Below are positions 21,543-30,138 of a stretch of DNA of 64,000 nucleotides, one piece after another. The position numbers and the translations under genes are program-made. The notes beneath the pieces were generated by a model that worked only from the letters and a program-made list of their open reading frames with translations, did no database searches and was not told where the DNA came from. Location of the stretch: the NCBI GenBank assembly GCA_003135555.1, contig PLCF01000014.1, positions 12,320 through 76,319 of the forward strand. The letters are read 5' to 3'. This stretch comes from Vulcanimicrobiota bacterium. Its GTDB lineage: Bacteria > Vulcanimicrobiota > Vulcanimicrobiia > Vulcanimicrobiales > Vulcanimicrobiaceae. Position 1 is the stretch's first letter; each line of letters starts with the position of its first letter.

Positions 21543-22898
21543 TCAGCCCTTCGTCGCCGCGTGCGCCTCGGACAGGTCTCCGACGGCGCCGTCGATCGTT
21601 GCGACGACCTCGTCGATCTGGTCGTCGGTGATGATGAGCGGCGGCGCAATGTGCATCACGTTGTAGCGCCCGAAGCCGTAGGCGCCGCGCTTCTTCAAGC
21701 CCGCGAACAACGACGGCATCGGTCCCATCGACGTCCCTTGCCACGGCACGAGCGGCGCCCGCGTCTTGCGGTCGCTCACGAACTCCAGCGCGAAGAACGC
21801 GCCGGCGCCGCGCACCTCGCCGACGATCTCGTGCGCATCACGGACGCGTTCGAGCCCGGCCCGCAGCCGACTCTCGATCGCCTTGGCGCGGGCGAACAGG
21901 TCGCCGTCGCGGTAGGCTTGCAGCGTGGCGACGCCGGTGGCCATCGCGAGCGGATGTCCCGAGTACGTGTGCCCCGCCGGCAACGGTTTGTCGTCGAAGC
22001 CGCGCGCGTAGCGTTCGCGGATCAACACGCCGCCCAGCGGAACGTATCCCGACGTGACGCCCTTGGCGATGGTCATCAGGTCCGGCACGACACCGAAGCG
22101 TTCGCCGCCGAAGGCCGCGCCGACGCGGCCGAATCCGGTCATCACCTCGTCGAAGACGAGCAGGATCCCGTGCGCGTCGCACAGCGCGCGCAACCCGGCC
22201 AGATAGCCCGGCGGGAAGACGATCACGCCGTTGGAACCGATGACGGGCTCGATCAGAATCGCCGCGACCGCATTGGGGTTCTCGGCCGCGATGGTTTCGG
22301 CGACGTGCTGCAGAGCGCGCCGCGTCTCCTCGGCCGGATCGTCGGTGAAGAACGGGCTGCGGTACGGAAACGGCGTCCAGAAGTGCACCACGCCCGGCAT
22401 CACGTTCGTGGGCTCGTTGTACCAGCGGCGGTTCTCGCCGGTCAGCGTCGCCGAGCCGGCCCCCGACCCGTGGAACGAGCGATACGCCGCGAGCACTTTG
22501 GCCCGGCCGGTGACGGCGCGCGCGAACTTGATCGCGTCCTCGTTCGCCGCCGCGCCGGAGGTCGTGAAAAACGCCCGCCCGCCCTCGGCGCCCCACGGCG
22601 CGAGACCGACGAGCGCCTCGGCCAGCTCGGCGCGCGTGTCGTTGAACCAGTTGGGAGGGCTGAAGCACAGGCGGTCGACCTGGGCGTGCATCGCGGCGCG
22701 GACGCCGGGATGGCCGTGTCCCAAGTTCACCGCGATCAGCCCGGAGGTGAGGTCGGCGTAGCGCTGCCCGTCGTCGTCGTAGAGGTAGATGCCCTCGCCG
22801 CGCACGATCATCGGCGGCTGCAGGTTCCCCTGGGCCAGCCACGGGGTGAGCACGTAGCGCGCGTGCTTGGTCTTGAGCGCTTCGCCGGCGACGATCAT
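21543..22898 (-). CDS. Class III aminotransferase (beta-alanine/taurine:pyruvate type)
   Basis: SFHG, IEPVIG, FDEVMTGFGR, PDLMTIAKG, HTYSGHP; adjacent to the beta-alanine-producing operon. Confidence 0.9.
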   Translation of the reverse strand: MIVAGEALKTKHARYVLTPWLAQGNLQPPMIVRGEGIYLYDDDGQRYADLTSGLIAVNLGHGHPGVRAAMHAQVDRLCFSPPNWFNDTRAELAEALVGLAPWGAEGGRAFFTTSGAAANEDAIKFARAVTGRAKVLAAYRSFHGSGAGSATLTGENRRWYNEPTNVMPGVVHFWTPFPYRSPFFTDDPAEETRRALQHVAETIAAENPNAVAAILIEPVIGSNGVIVFPPGYLAGLRALCDAHGILLVFDEVMTGFGRVGAAFGGERFGVVPDLMTIAKGVTSGYVPLGGVLIRERYARGFDDKPLPAGHTYSGHPLAMATGVATLQAYRDGDLFARAKAIESRLRAGLERVRDAHEIVGEVRGAGAFFALEFVSDRKTRAPLVPWQGTSMGPMPSLFAGLKKRGAYGFGRYNVMHIAPPLIITDDQIDEVVATIDGAVGDLSEAHAATKG

Positions 22899-22946
22899 GA
22901 GCGGCCTCCTGCAGGCGCCGTACGCCGCGGGCGGCCGATGCCCCCG

Positions 22947-23498
22947 CTAGCGCCGGCGCTCGAGCACCGCGAACAGCTCGCGCAGCGGGAGCGCAAACTC
23001 CGGCACCGCCGCGTGCGCGAGCACGTCGTCATCGCGCAGGGTGCGCGTGCCGTCCGCGTCGTGCAGCTGCACCGTGCGCTGCGGCGGATCGACCACGACC
23101 ACCAACGCCGAGCCGCCGGCGAGATAGACGCCGATCTTGTGCTCGAGGTGACGCCGGCGCCAGCCGGGCGAGAGAATCTCGACCGCGACGTCGGGTGCGA
23201 ACGGCGGCAGCTCGAGGTCGAGCCCTTCGAGCGCGTCGAGGCGCGCATGCGAGACGAACGCGATGTCGGGAACCAGTGGCCGCCGGACCTCGCCCGGCGG
23301 CGCGATGCGAAAGCGCCACTCCGGACCAACTTCACCACGGCCCTTGGCCCAATGCGATAGCGCATTGCAAATCGTCGCTTGCAACAACGCATGGGTCCGA
23401 AACGGGCTCACCTTGCGCACCGCGCGACCGAGAATCCATTCGGTCTCAGGCTTGGTGATGGGCAGAACGATTTCGTGCAGCGACATCGGCTCACGCAT
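22947..23498 (-). CDS. Uma2 family PD-(D/E)XK endonuclease-like protein
   Basis: LVPDIAFV, APDVAVEILSPG, KIGVYLAGG; start is 23498 or 23486. Confidence 0.85.
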   Translation of the reverse strand: MREPMSLHEIVLPITKPETEWILGRAVRKVSPFRTHALLQATICNALSHWAKGRGEVGPEWRFRIAPPGEVRRPLVPDIAFVSHARLDALEGLDLELPPFAPDVAVEILSPGWRRRHLEHKIGVYLAGGSALVVVVDPPQRTVQLHDADGTRTLRDDDVLAHAAVPEFALPLRELFAVLERRR

Positions 23499-23542
23499 TG
23501 CTATCACGCCGCCGGGCGCGAACGCAATACCCAAGCAGTCTG

Positions 23543-24367
23543 CTAGTGCGGGAGGCCGAACAACGTCTGAATCAGCAGCCAGAGTTTGACGAAAAGATTC
23601 GGGACGAACACGATGAGCGCGACGAGCGAGGCCATGGTTCGCTCGACCCCGCCGATCAAGAACGGCAGCCCGCACAGCAGGATGATGAGGATCCATCCGA
23701 CCAGCGGCGCGAACGCGCGCAGCGGACTCCGCGCCACCAGCGTCCCGCTCGCCAAGTCACCGAGCCGGCGGTGGCCGGGAAGCAGTGCTAACACAGCGCC
23801 GATGACGAGCAGGTCGATCGGCCGCAGGAGGTTGCGCACGAACGCACGCCCCAGGCCGACGAAGCGCGCGCCGGGCGCGTAGACTTGCAGTCCGAACGCC
23901 AGCTTCCAAATCGTGGTACCGAGCAGCGCTTCGGCGAGCCACACGTAGACCAGCGCGATGACGACCCCCAGCCCGAGCGTCGCGTCCAAGCCGGACTCGC
24001 TCGTCGTCGGCAAGCCGTTGAGCGGGTTGATCGCGATGAGCGAGTATGCCAGAGCGCTGACCACCAGCGCGACCATGACGACATCCAGCACGAACGCGAA
24101 GAAGCGCGCGACCATGTACCCGAACGGATTGCCGAACTCGTAGCGCGGCCGGTCGGGTGCGGCCGACGGCCGGGGCGGCGGCAGGACGGTACCGCCAACC
24201 GGCGCCGCTACCGGCACTGCGGTCGGAGGGTGTACCGGGGCCGGGGCGGGCGCAGCCGGCGGAGGCTCGAGCGTGCCGTGCTCCACCGGGGTTGGCGGCG
24301 GCTCGACGCGCTGCATCGCGACGGTGGGTTCGAGGCCGTCTTCGGGCGGCGGCGGCGGCTGCTGCAT
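23543..24367 (-). CDS. RDD family membrane protein with Pro-rich N-terminus
   Basis: RFFAFVLD, RNLLRPID, RRLGDLASGT. Confidence 0.85.
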   Translation of the reverse strand: MQQPPPPPEDGLEPTVAMQRVEPPPTPVEHGTLEPPPAAPAPAPVHPPTAVPVAAPVGGTVLPPPRPSAAPDRPRYEFGNPFGYMVARFFAFVLDVVMVALVVSALAYSLIAINPLNGLPTTSESGLDATLGLGVVIALVYVWLAEALLGTTIWKLAFGLQVYAPGARFVGLGRAFVRNLLRPIDLLVIGAVLALLPGHRRLGDLASGTLVARSPLRAFAPLVGWILIILLCGLPFLIGGVERTMASLVALIVFVPNLFVKLWLLIQTLFGLPH

Positions 24368-24413
24368 ATCCCGGACAGTACCCGACCGGCCCGCCGCACG
24401 CCTTGCTAACGGC

Positions 24414-26024
24414 TTACACGAAGCCGCTGGCCGCGGTCGCGCCTTTCTTGCGCAGCTCGGCTTGGCGCAGCTCGACGCGGCGAATCTTCCCCGAGCGCGT
24501 CTTGGGCAGCTCCGCCAGAAACTCGATCGCGCGCGGGTACTTGTACGGCGCGGTGACGCGCTTGCAGTGCTCCTGCAACTCGCGCGCCAGCGCGTCGCTG
24601 GGCTCGTAGCCCGGCCGTAGCACGACGAACGCTTTGACGATGTTGCCGCGATCGGCGTCCGGCGAGCCGACCACCGCCGACTCCATGACGGCGGGATGCC
24701 CGAGCAGCGCGCTCTCGACCTCGAACGGGCCGATGCGATACGCGCCTGAGGAGATGACGTCGTCGGCACGCCCGACGAACCAGAAGTACCCGTCGTCGTC
24801 CACCTGCGCGCGGTCGCCGGTGATATACCACTCGCCGCGGCGCGAGCTGCGCGTCTCCTCGTCGTTGCCGTAGTAGCCGCGGAACAGCGAGGGCGGGTCG
24901 CCGCGCAGCGCGATGTCACCGATCTCGCCGGGCTCGCACACGCGACCCTGCTCGTCGACGACGGCGACGTCGTGTCCGGGCGTCGGCTTGCCCATCGAGC
25001 CGGGCCGCACGTCGGTACCGGGACGGTTGGCGACGAGCAGCGTGTTCTCGGTCTGACCGTAGCCGTCGAGGATGGTCAAACCGAACGCGGCCTTCCAGAG
25101 CTCGATCACCTCGGGGTTGAGCGGCTCGCCGGCGCTCACGCAGTGGCGCAGATGCGGCAGCTTCCAGCGTCCGCCCAAATCCGGCAACTTCGCCAACAGA
25201 CGGTACTCGGTCGGCGCCTGACACAGCACCGTCACGCCGAGGTCGCGAATCATGTCCATGCGCTCTTCGGGGACGAACGCGCCCTCGTGCAACACGATCG
25301 GTGCGCCGCACGACCACGGCCCCAGCAACACGTTCCACAGCGACTTGGCCCAGCCGGTGCCGGCGGTGCACCACACGAGATCGCGCGGCTTGACGTCGAA
25401 CCAGATCGCGGCTTGCACCCGCTTGCCGTAGGTGAAGGCGACGGAATGCACGACGCCTTTCGGGTCCTTGGTCGTACCGCTGGTGTAGACGACGTACGCC
25501 ATGTCGTCGGCTTGCGTCGCCTCACCGTCCCAGGGCTGCGCGCGTTCGAGCAGCGGATCGGTGCTCGTCCAACCGCGACGCTCGGCGCCGACGAGCAGAT
25601 ATGTGCGCACGGTCGTCGCGTCCGCGCGCATCGCCTCGAACTCGGCGGCGTTGCCGGCGTACGCCACAACCGCGACGGCGCCGCTGTGGTTGGCGCGGTA
25701 GAGCAGATCCTTCGCGCGCAGCTGCTCGGCGCTGGGCACCGCGACGGCTCCGATGCGCAGCATCGCCGTCATGCAGAACAGCCAGTCGGGGATCTTGGGC
25801 AGCACGACGACGACGCGGTCGCCTTTGCCGACGCCGGCATCGCGGAGAACGGCCGCCCAGCGCTTGGACGCCTCGGCGATTTGCGCGAAGCGGTACTCGT
25901 GGCGCTTCCCCGCCGCATCGACGAACAGCAACCCCAGGCGATCCTCGGCTGCCAAGCGGTCGACGACGTCGCGTGCGAAGTTGAAGCCGGGCGGAACGTC
26001 CCAGGTGAACGAAGCGTCGGTCAT
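24414..26024 (-). CDS. Acyl-CoA synthetase (medium-chain ACSM-like)
   Basis: YTSGTTKDPKG, SAGEPL, GYGQTE, TGD, GRADD, PKTRSGK. Confidence 0.93.
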   Translation of the reverse strand: MTDASFTWDVPPGFNFARDVVDRLAAEDRLGLLFVDAAGKRHEYRFAQIAEASKRWAAVLRDAGVGKGDRVVVVLPKIPDWLFCMTAMLRIGAVAVPSAEQLRAKDLLYRANHSGAVAVVAYAGNAAEFEAMRADATTVRTYLLVGAERRGWTSTDPLLERAQPWDGEATQADDMAYVVYTSGTTKDPKGVVHSVAFTYGKRVQAAIWFDVKPRDLVWCTAGTGWAKSLWNVLLGPWSCGAPIVLHEGAFVPEERMDMIRDLGVTVLCQAPTEYRLLAKLPDLGGRWKLPHLRHCVSAGEPLNPEVIELWKAAFGLTILDGYGQTENTLLVANRPGTDVRPGSMGKPTPGHDVAVVDEQGRVCEPGEIGDIALRGDPPSLFRGYYGNDEETRSSRRGEWYITGDRAQVDDDGYFWFVGRADDVISSGAYRIGPFEVESALLGHPAVMESAVVGSPDADRGNIVKAFVVLRPGYEPSDALARELQEHCKRVTAPYKYPRAIEFLAELPKTRSGKIRRVELRQAELRKKGATAASGFV

Positions 26025-26063
26025 GCCCGAGGATTCGCAGGACCCACCGGCGCACCCGCTCTC

Positions 26064-26300
26064 ATGGCCCGCTTCGATCCCGCCCGCATCCTCCGCGCTT
26101 CGCATATCCGCTACGGCAAGATCCGCATCAGCGGCGTCCCGGCGATTCTGCTCGGCGTTTCGGCGATCGTCGCGGTGGCTGGGACGACGCGCGCGCTGCG
26201 CGCCGCCGCCCCGTCGCTGGCCGACGTCTTCCGCGAGGCGACCAAGCTGGTCGACGCGGTCCGCACCGATCGCGGCGACCAGCACCGGCTCAACGCCTGA
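26064..26300 (+). CDS. Small hypothetical membrane protein
   Basis: MARFDPARILRASH...GVPAILLGVSAIVAVAG; fills the gap between divergent and convergent neighbours. Confidence 0.55.
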   Translation: MARFDPARILRASHIRYGKIRISGVPAILLGVSAIVAVAGTTRALRAAAPSLADVFREATKLVDAVRTDRGDQHRLNA

Positions 26301-26309
26301 GCCGCAGCC

Positions 26310-28589
26310 TCACCAGGGCGCGGTCAGCCGCAACACGATCCGCCGCGGCGCATTCCATTGCGTCGTGTTGAACCCGTTGTTGACCTTGATCAGATAGCGG
26401 TTGTCGAACAGGTTCTCGAGCGAGAGCGCGTAGCCCAGCCCGTGCGAGGCCCGATCGGCGGCACGCCCCAGCGACGCGTCGACGACCCAGTGTGCGGGCA
26501 GCCGTCCTTGACCGTTCTCGAACTGCGCCGGGAAGCCCGTGCCGTACTCCGCCTGCAGCGTCGCGAAGGTGCGCAGATCTCCGCCGAAATGGCGCGTGTA
26601 GAACGCGTTGCCGGTCCAGCGGGCGTCGTGATCCTCAGGCTGCAACGTGATGTCGCTCGCGGCGTCGGGCGCGAACAGGAACGTACTGCCCGAGACACCG
26701 CCCGCTTCGGCACGCTGAAACGTCAGCGAGAGCCCGGCGTCGGCGCGCGCCGACGTGCCGTCCAGGCGCAACTCGATCCCGCGATCGCGGCCGACCGCGT
26801 TGTTGAAGACCGCGAAGAGCGGCGTGTTGGCGAGTTGCGTCGTGTCGAGCACGTTGACCGCGGTGCGGTCGAACGCGTTGAGGTAGCCGCGCAGCCCCGG
26901 TTTGAACGTGTGCGCGAGGCCAACCTCGACATAGGTGTCGCGCTCGGGCTTGAGGTCGTATACCGGCGCGGCCGTCGACGAGGTCTGCGTGACGACCGCG
27001 TCGCGGCGCACGTCCTCCAGCCCCGGCGCGGAGTAGAGCCGGCCGTAGTACGCGTGCAGCACCGTGCCGCGCGCGATCTCGTCGTTGATCTCGATCCGCG
27101 GGCTGAGCTGCGAGCCGCCGACGTACCCCGTGCTGTGGTCGTAGCGCAATCCGGCATTGATCGCGAGCCGCGGCGTCGCGCTCCACTTGTCCTCGAGGTA
27201 GAGGCCGGTCTGCGCCCCGCGCTGCGCGGTCGAGTCGGTGAAATCGGGCGAGCCGGTGATGCGGATCAGCGAGTCCGAGCGAAAGTTTTCGACTTGCAGA
27301 TCGAGCCCGGCTTTGAGCGCGTGCCGGCCGCCGGCGTGAAACACCGACGCGCGCAGGCCGGCATACGTCGCCGCGCGGTCTTCGCGTACGCCGTTCTGCG
27401 GCGTAGCCGAACCGTCAGGGTTGACGACGTTGGCCAGCACGTCGTTGGCCAGATCTCCCGCATACACGACGCGGTTCGAGCGCACCCATGGCACGACGCG
27501 CACGTAGCCGTTGCCGTCCTTCGAGGTGTGCGTGTACGAAAGGCTGGCGAAGCGGTCGTACTCGCGCTGCACGTCGTCGGTCGCGGAGACCGCAACGAAC
27601 GGCGACTGCGGCGAGAACGTCGTATTGATCGGGATCTGGAACGACGCGTACCCGCTGGAGAAGTCGGCGGCGAGCAAGTCGCGCTCGCCCAGCGGCAGCG
27701 CGATGCGCAGGAACCCGTCGGCGTTCGACGATGCGTCGTGCTGCGCGTCCTTCGAGGGCGCATCGAGCCCGCGGCCGGTGCGCGCCGTGTTGAGCGCGAG
27801 CGAGAACTGCGCCCGCCCCGCGTTGAAGTGCTCGACCAGCCGCGCGTCCGACGAACCGAGCTCGCCGGCGCCGAGCGTCAGCGCGCCGGCACCCGAGCCG
27901 CCCTGCTCGGTTCCGCCGCTGATGACGTTGACGACCGCGCCCTGGCGCGAGCCGCCGAACTCGGCCGGAAATGCGCCGGTGAATATTTCGACCGCCTGCG
28001 CGTTGCGCGGGTCGATCAGTTGCGCGAAGTTCGAGCTGGTCGATTGGGGGAGCGGCGCGCCGTCGAGCTCGTAGCTCAGGCCGTGGAACCCATGCGCGAC
28101 CGGCTCGTCGTACGAGAAGCGCACGACGCCGGGGACCTGCTCGACGATCGCGTCGAGGCGGTCGTTGCGCGGCAGCGCGGCCAAGCGGCGAGCACCGTAG
28201 GCGTTCTCGGAGACCGGCGTTCCGCGCACGCCCGTTGCGGTGCCGGCGGTGCGGCCGATCACCTTCGTCGGGGTTAGCGTGACGTCGACGATCGCGTCGG
28301 TCGCGACGTCGATGCTCGCCAGCGCGACGCCGTCGGCGGTTGTCGCCTGCAACGTGTAGTGGCCGAACGGGACACGGGCGAAGACGAAGCGCCCGTCGGC
28401 GCCGCTCGTTGCGGTCAAAGCGGTTCGGTCGCCGGTCAGCGTGACGACGACGCCGCCGAGGGGACGATGGTCGGCCCGGGCGAGCGTCCCGCGGACGACG
28501 CCGACGACGTCGGCGCGCGCCGGGGCCGCCGAAACGACGGCGACGGATACGCAAGCGAGCGCGGCAACGGCCGCGCGTAGGGGATGCAT
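26310..28589 (-). CDS. TonB-dependent receptor with N-terminal carboxypeptidase-regulatory-like domain
   Basis: GGAG RBS and ATG at 28589, signal peptide, plug motif GAFPAEFG...GAVVN, NAGLRYD, SPR, ENLFD, C-terminal W. Confidence 0.9.
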   Translation of the reverse strand: MHPLRAAVAALACVSVAVVSAAPARADVVGVVRGTLARADHRPLGGVVVTLTGDRTALTATSGADGRFVFARVPFGHYTLQATTADGVALASIDVATDAIVDVTLTPTKVIGRTAGTATGVRGTPVSENAYGARRLAALPRNDRLDAIVEQVPGVVRFSYDEPVAHGFHGLSYELDGAPLPQSTSSNFAQLIDPRNAQAVEIFTGAFPAEFGGSRQGAVVNVISGGTEQGGSGAGALTLGAGELGSSDARLVEHFNAGRAQFSLALNTARTGRGLDAPSKDAQHDASSNADGFLRIALPLGERDLLAADFSSGYASFQIPINTTFSPQSPFVAVSATDDVQREYDRFASLSYTHTSKDGNGYVRVVPWVRSNRVVYAGDLANDVLANVVNPDGSATPQNGVREDRAATYAGLRASVFHAGGRHALKAGLDLQVENFRSDSLIRITGSPDFTDSTAQRGAQTGLYLEDKWSATPRLAINAGLRYDHSTGYVGGSQLSPRIEINDEIARGTVLHAYYGRLYSAPGLEDVRRDAVVTQTSSTAAPVYDLKPERDTYVEVGLAHTFKPGLRGYLNAFDRTAVNVLDTTQLANTPLFAVFNNAVGRDRGIELRLDGTSARADAGLSLTFQRAEAGGVSGSTFLFAPDAASDITLQPEDHDARWTGNAFYTRHFGGDLRTFATLQAEYGTGFPAQFENGQGRLPAHWVVDASLGRAADRASHGLGYALSLENLFDNRYLIKVNNGFNTTQWNAPRRIVLRLTAPW

Positions 28590-28623
28590 GAAACAGCTCC
28601 GGTGGATTCGAGGGCGCTGGGGG

Positions 28624-29291
28624 CTAGCGCACGACCGGAGGGGCCCGTGAGGGCGGCGGCGCGCGAGCCGGGCGCCGGCCGGAACGAAGAGCGGATCGGC
28701 GGTGCCGGCCCAGACCGCGCCGCCGCCGGGCGCCAGCAGGCGCAGGACCGCCGCCAGGACGATCACGAGCCGCTCGGCGAGGGCGAGCACCGCGCGGGCT
28801 GCCCCGGCGAGCGCCAACGCGGTCAGGAGGGCGCCGGCGCCGAGGGCAGCGAGCGCGACCAGCGCCGGAACGCCGGCGAGCCCGCCGTCGAGCGCGAGGA
28901 TCGCGGCCAGCGGGGCGGCACCGGCCAGCCCGACGGCCGCGGCGAGCGGCGCGACACGCTGGGCCGCGACCAGCCGCGCGAGCGCCGTCAAAAGCGCCGG
29001 ATTGCGCGAGCGGGCCCGCACCAGCCCGAGCACGGCAAGCAAGCAAAGGCCGGCCGCAAGCCCGGCTGCGTAGACGAGGATCGGGCAAAGCCCTTCCGCG
29101 TCGTCGGGATCGGGCGTGGGCAGGGCCAGGCCGGAGATTCCGCCGGCGAGCGCCGCGTGGGCGTGGCCCAGGACGTGGTGGTGGCAGACGTGCGCTCCGG
29201 CCGCCGCGAGCACGGCGACGCCCAGCGCGGCCGTTCCGGCGACCGCAGCCAGCAGCCCGAGCCCGAGGGACCGCGTCCCTTTCGTCTGCAT
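28624..29291 (-). CDS. His/Cys-containing membrane leader protein with C-terminal RAPP motif; apparent 1-nt frameshift at 28651-28653
   Basis: HVCHHHVLGHAH, CPIL and several TM helices; ...ARRR continues as SRAPPVVR-stop only in the adjacent frame. Confidence 0.65.
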
Positions 29292-29300
29292 CGTCACCAA

Positions 29301-29327
29301 TACGTTCATCGGGTCCCGTTTGGATCA
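29301..29327 (-). promoter_or_regulatory. Putative ECF sigma promoter
   Basis: Minus strand TGATCC (29322-29327), 17-nt spacer, CGTA (29301-29304), 9 nt before the ATG at 29291. Confidence 0.45.
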
Positions 29328-29378
29328 TCTCCAGGGAGGGCGGGTCCCGGCCGCCCGCGGGTCGTAGACGGGGCGCTC

Positions 29379-29621
29379 GTGATCGATGAAGCGATAGCCG
29401 GGCTGCTGCGCCAGACGATGCCCGATGCCGTGGTGCAGGTTCGCGACATGACCGGCACCATGGACCATCTCGAGGTGTTCGTACGTTCGCGAGCGTTCGC
29501 GGGCGTCTCGCTGCTCGACCGGCACCGCATGGTCGAGAAAGCACTGGCCCCCGCTCGCGCCGACGGACGCATCCATGCGCTCCAGATCCACACCGCTATC
29601 CCCGAGGACACCGATGGCTGA
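29379..29621 (+). CDS. bolA: BolA family protein
   Basis: DMTGTMDH, FAGVSLLDRHRMV, IHALQI; overlaps grxD. Confidence 0.88.
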   Translation: MIDEAIAGLLRQTMPDAVVQVRDMTGTMDHLEVFVRSRAFAGVSLLDRHRMVEKALAPARADGRIHALQIHTAIPEDTDG

Positions 29622-29964
29622 CCTGCAAGACGAGATCAAGCGCGAGATCGACACCAACACGATACTCGTCTACGGCAAAGGGACAAAGGACGCGCCGCGC
29701 TGCGGCTTCACGCTGGAGACGATCCAGTTCTTCAACGCGTTCGGGTACCCGTTCGAAGTCGTCGACGTGCTCGAGAACATGCCCAAGCGTGAAGCGCTGG
29801 CACAACTCACCGATTGGCCGACGCTGCCCAAGGTGTTCATCAAAGGCCAGTTCTACGGCGACACCGACGTGCTCGCGCCGATGGCGCGCAGCGGCGAGTT
29901 GAGCCGGGTGCTCGAGACCGCGTTCGCCGGGACCGACGTCGAGCCGACGATCCGCCTGAGCTGA
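29614..29964 (+). CDS. grxD: Monothiol glutaredoxin (Grx4 type)
   Basis: KGTKDAPRCGFT, WPTLPKVFI.G.F.G. Confidence 0.88.
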   Translation: MADLQDEIKREIDTNTILVYGKGTKDAPRCGFTLETIQFFNAFGYPFEVVDVLENMPKREALAQLTDWPTLPKVFIKGQFYGDTDVLAPMARSGELSRVLETAFAGTDVEPTIRLS

Positions 29965-30061
29965 CGCAGCCCCGTGGCGGGCCCGCCGCCCCTAGCAGGA
30001 ATGTCCTCGTCGTGGGCGCCTTCACGTCAGCTGGGAAATCCGGCCCAGACTTGACGTTTAA

Positions 30062-30115
30062 TTGAGATTTAAGACCAGGAGGCTAGGCTTGCTACGGCCC
30101 AAATACGGTCGTAGC
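30062..30115 (+). promoter_or_regulatory. Probable promoter and 5'-UTR hairpin of the second TonB receptor
   Basis: TTGAGA, 16-nt spacer, TAGGCT in an AT-rich patch; hairpin GCTACGGCC/GGTCGTAGC at 30091-30115. Confidence 0.45.
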
Positions 30116-30138
30116 CCACACCCTCGAAAGGACCCACC

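Noticed and set aside
26310..29309. 999-aa membrane protein-TonB receptor fusion as a genuine architecture
   Set aside because: An internal RBS, ATG and signal peptide at 28589 plus an out-of-frame RAPP-stop point to two genes joined by a 1-nt frameshift.
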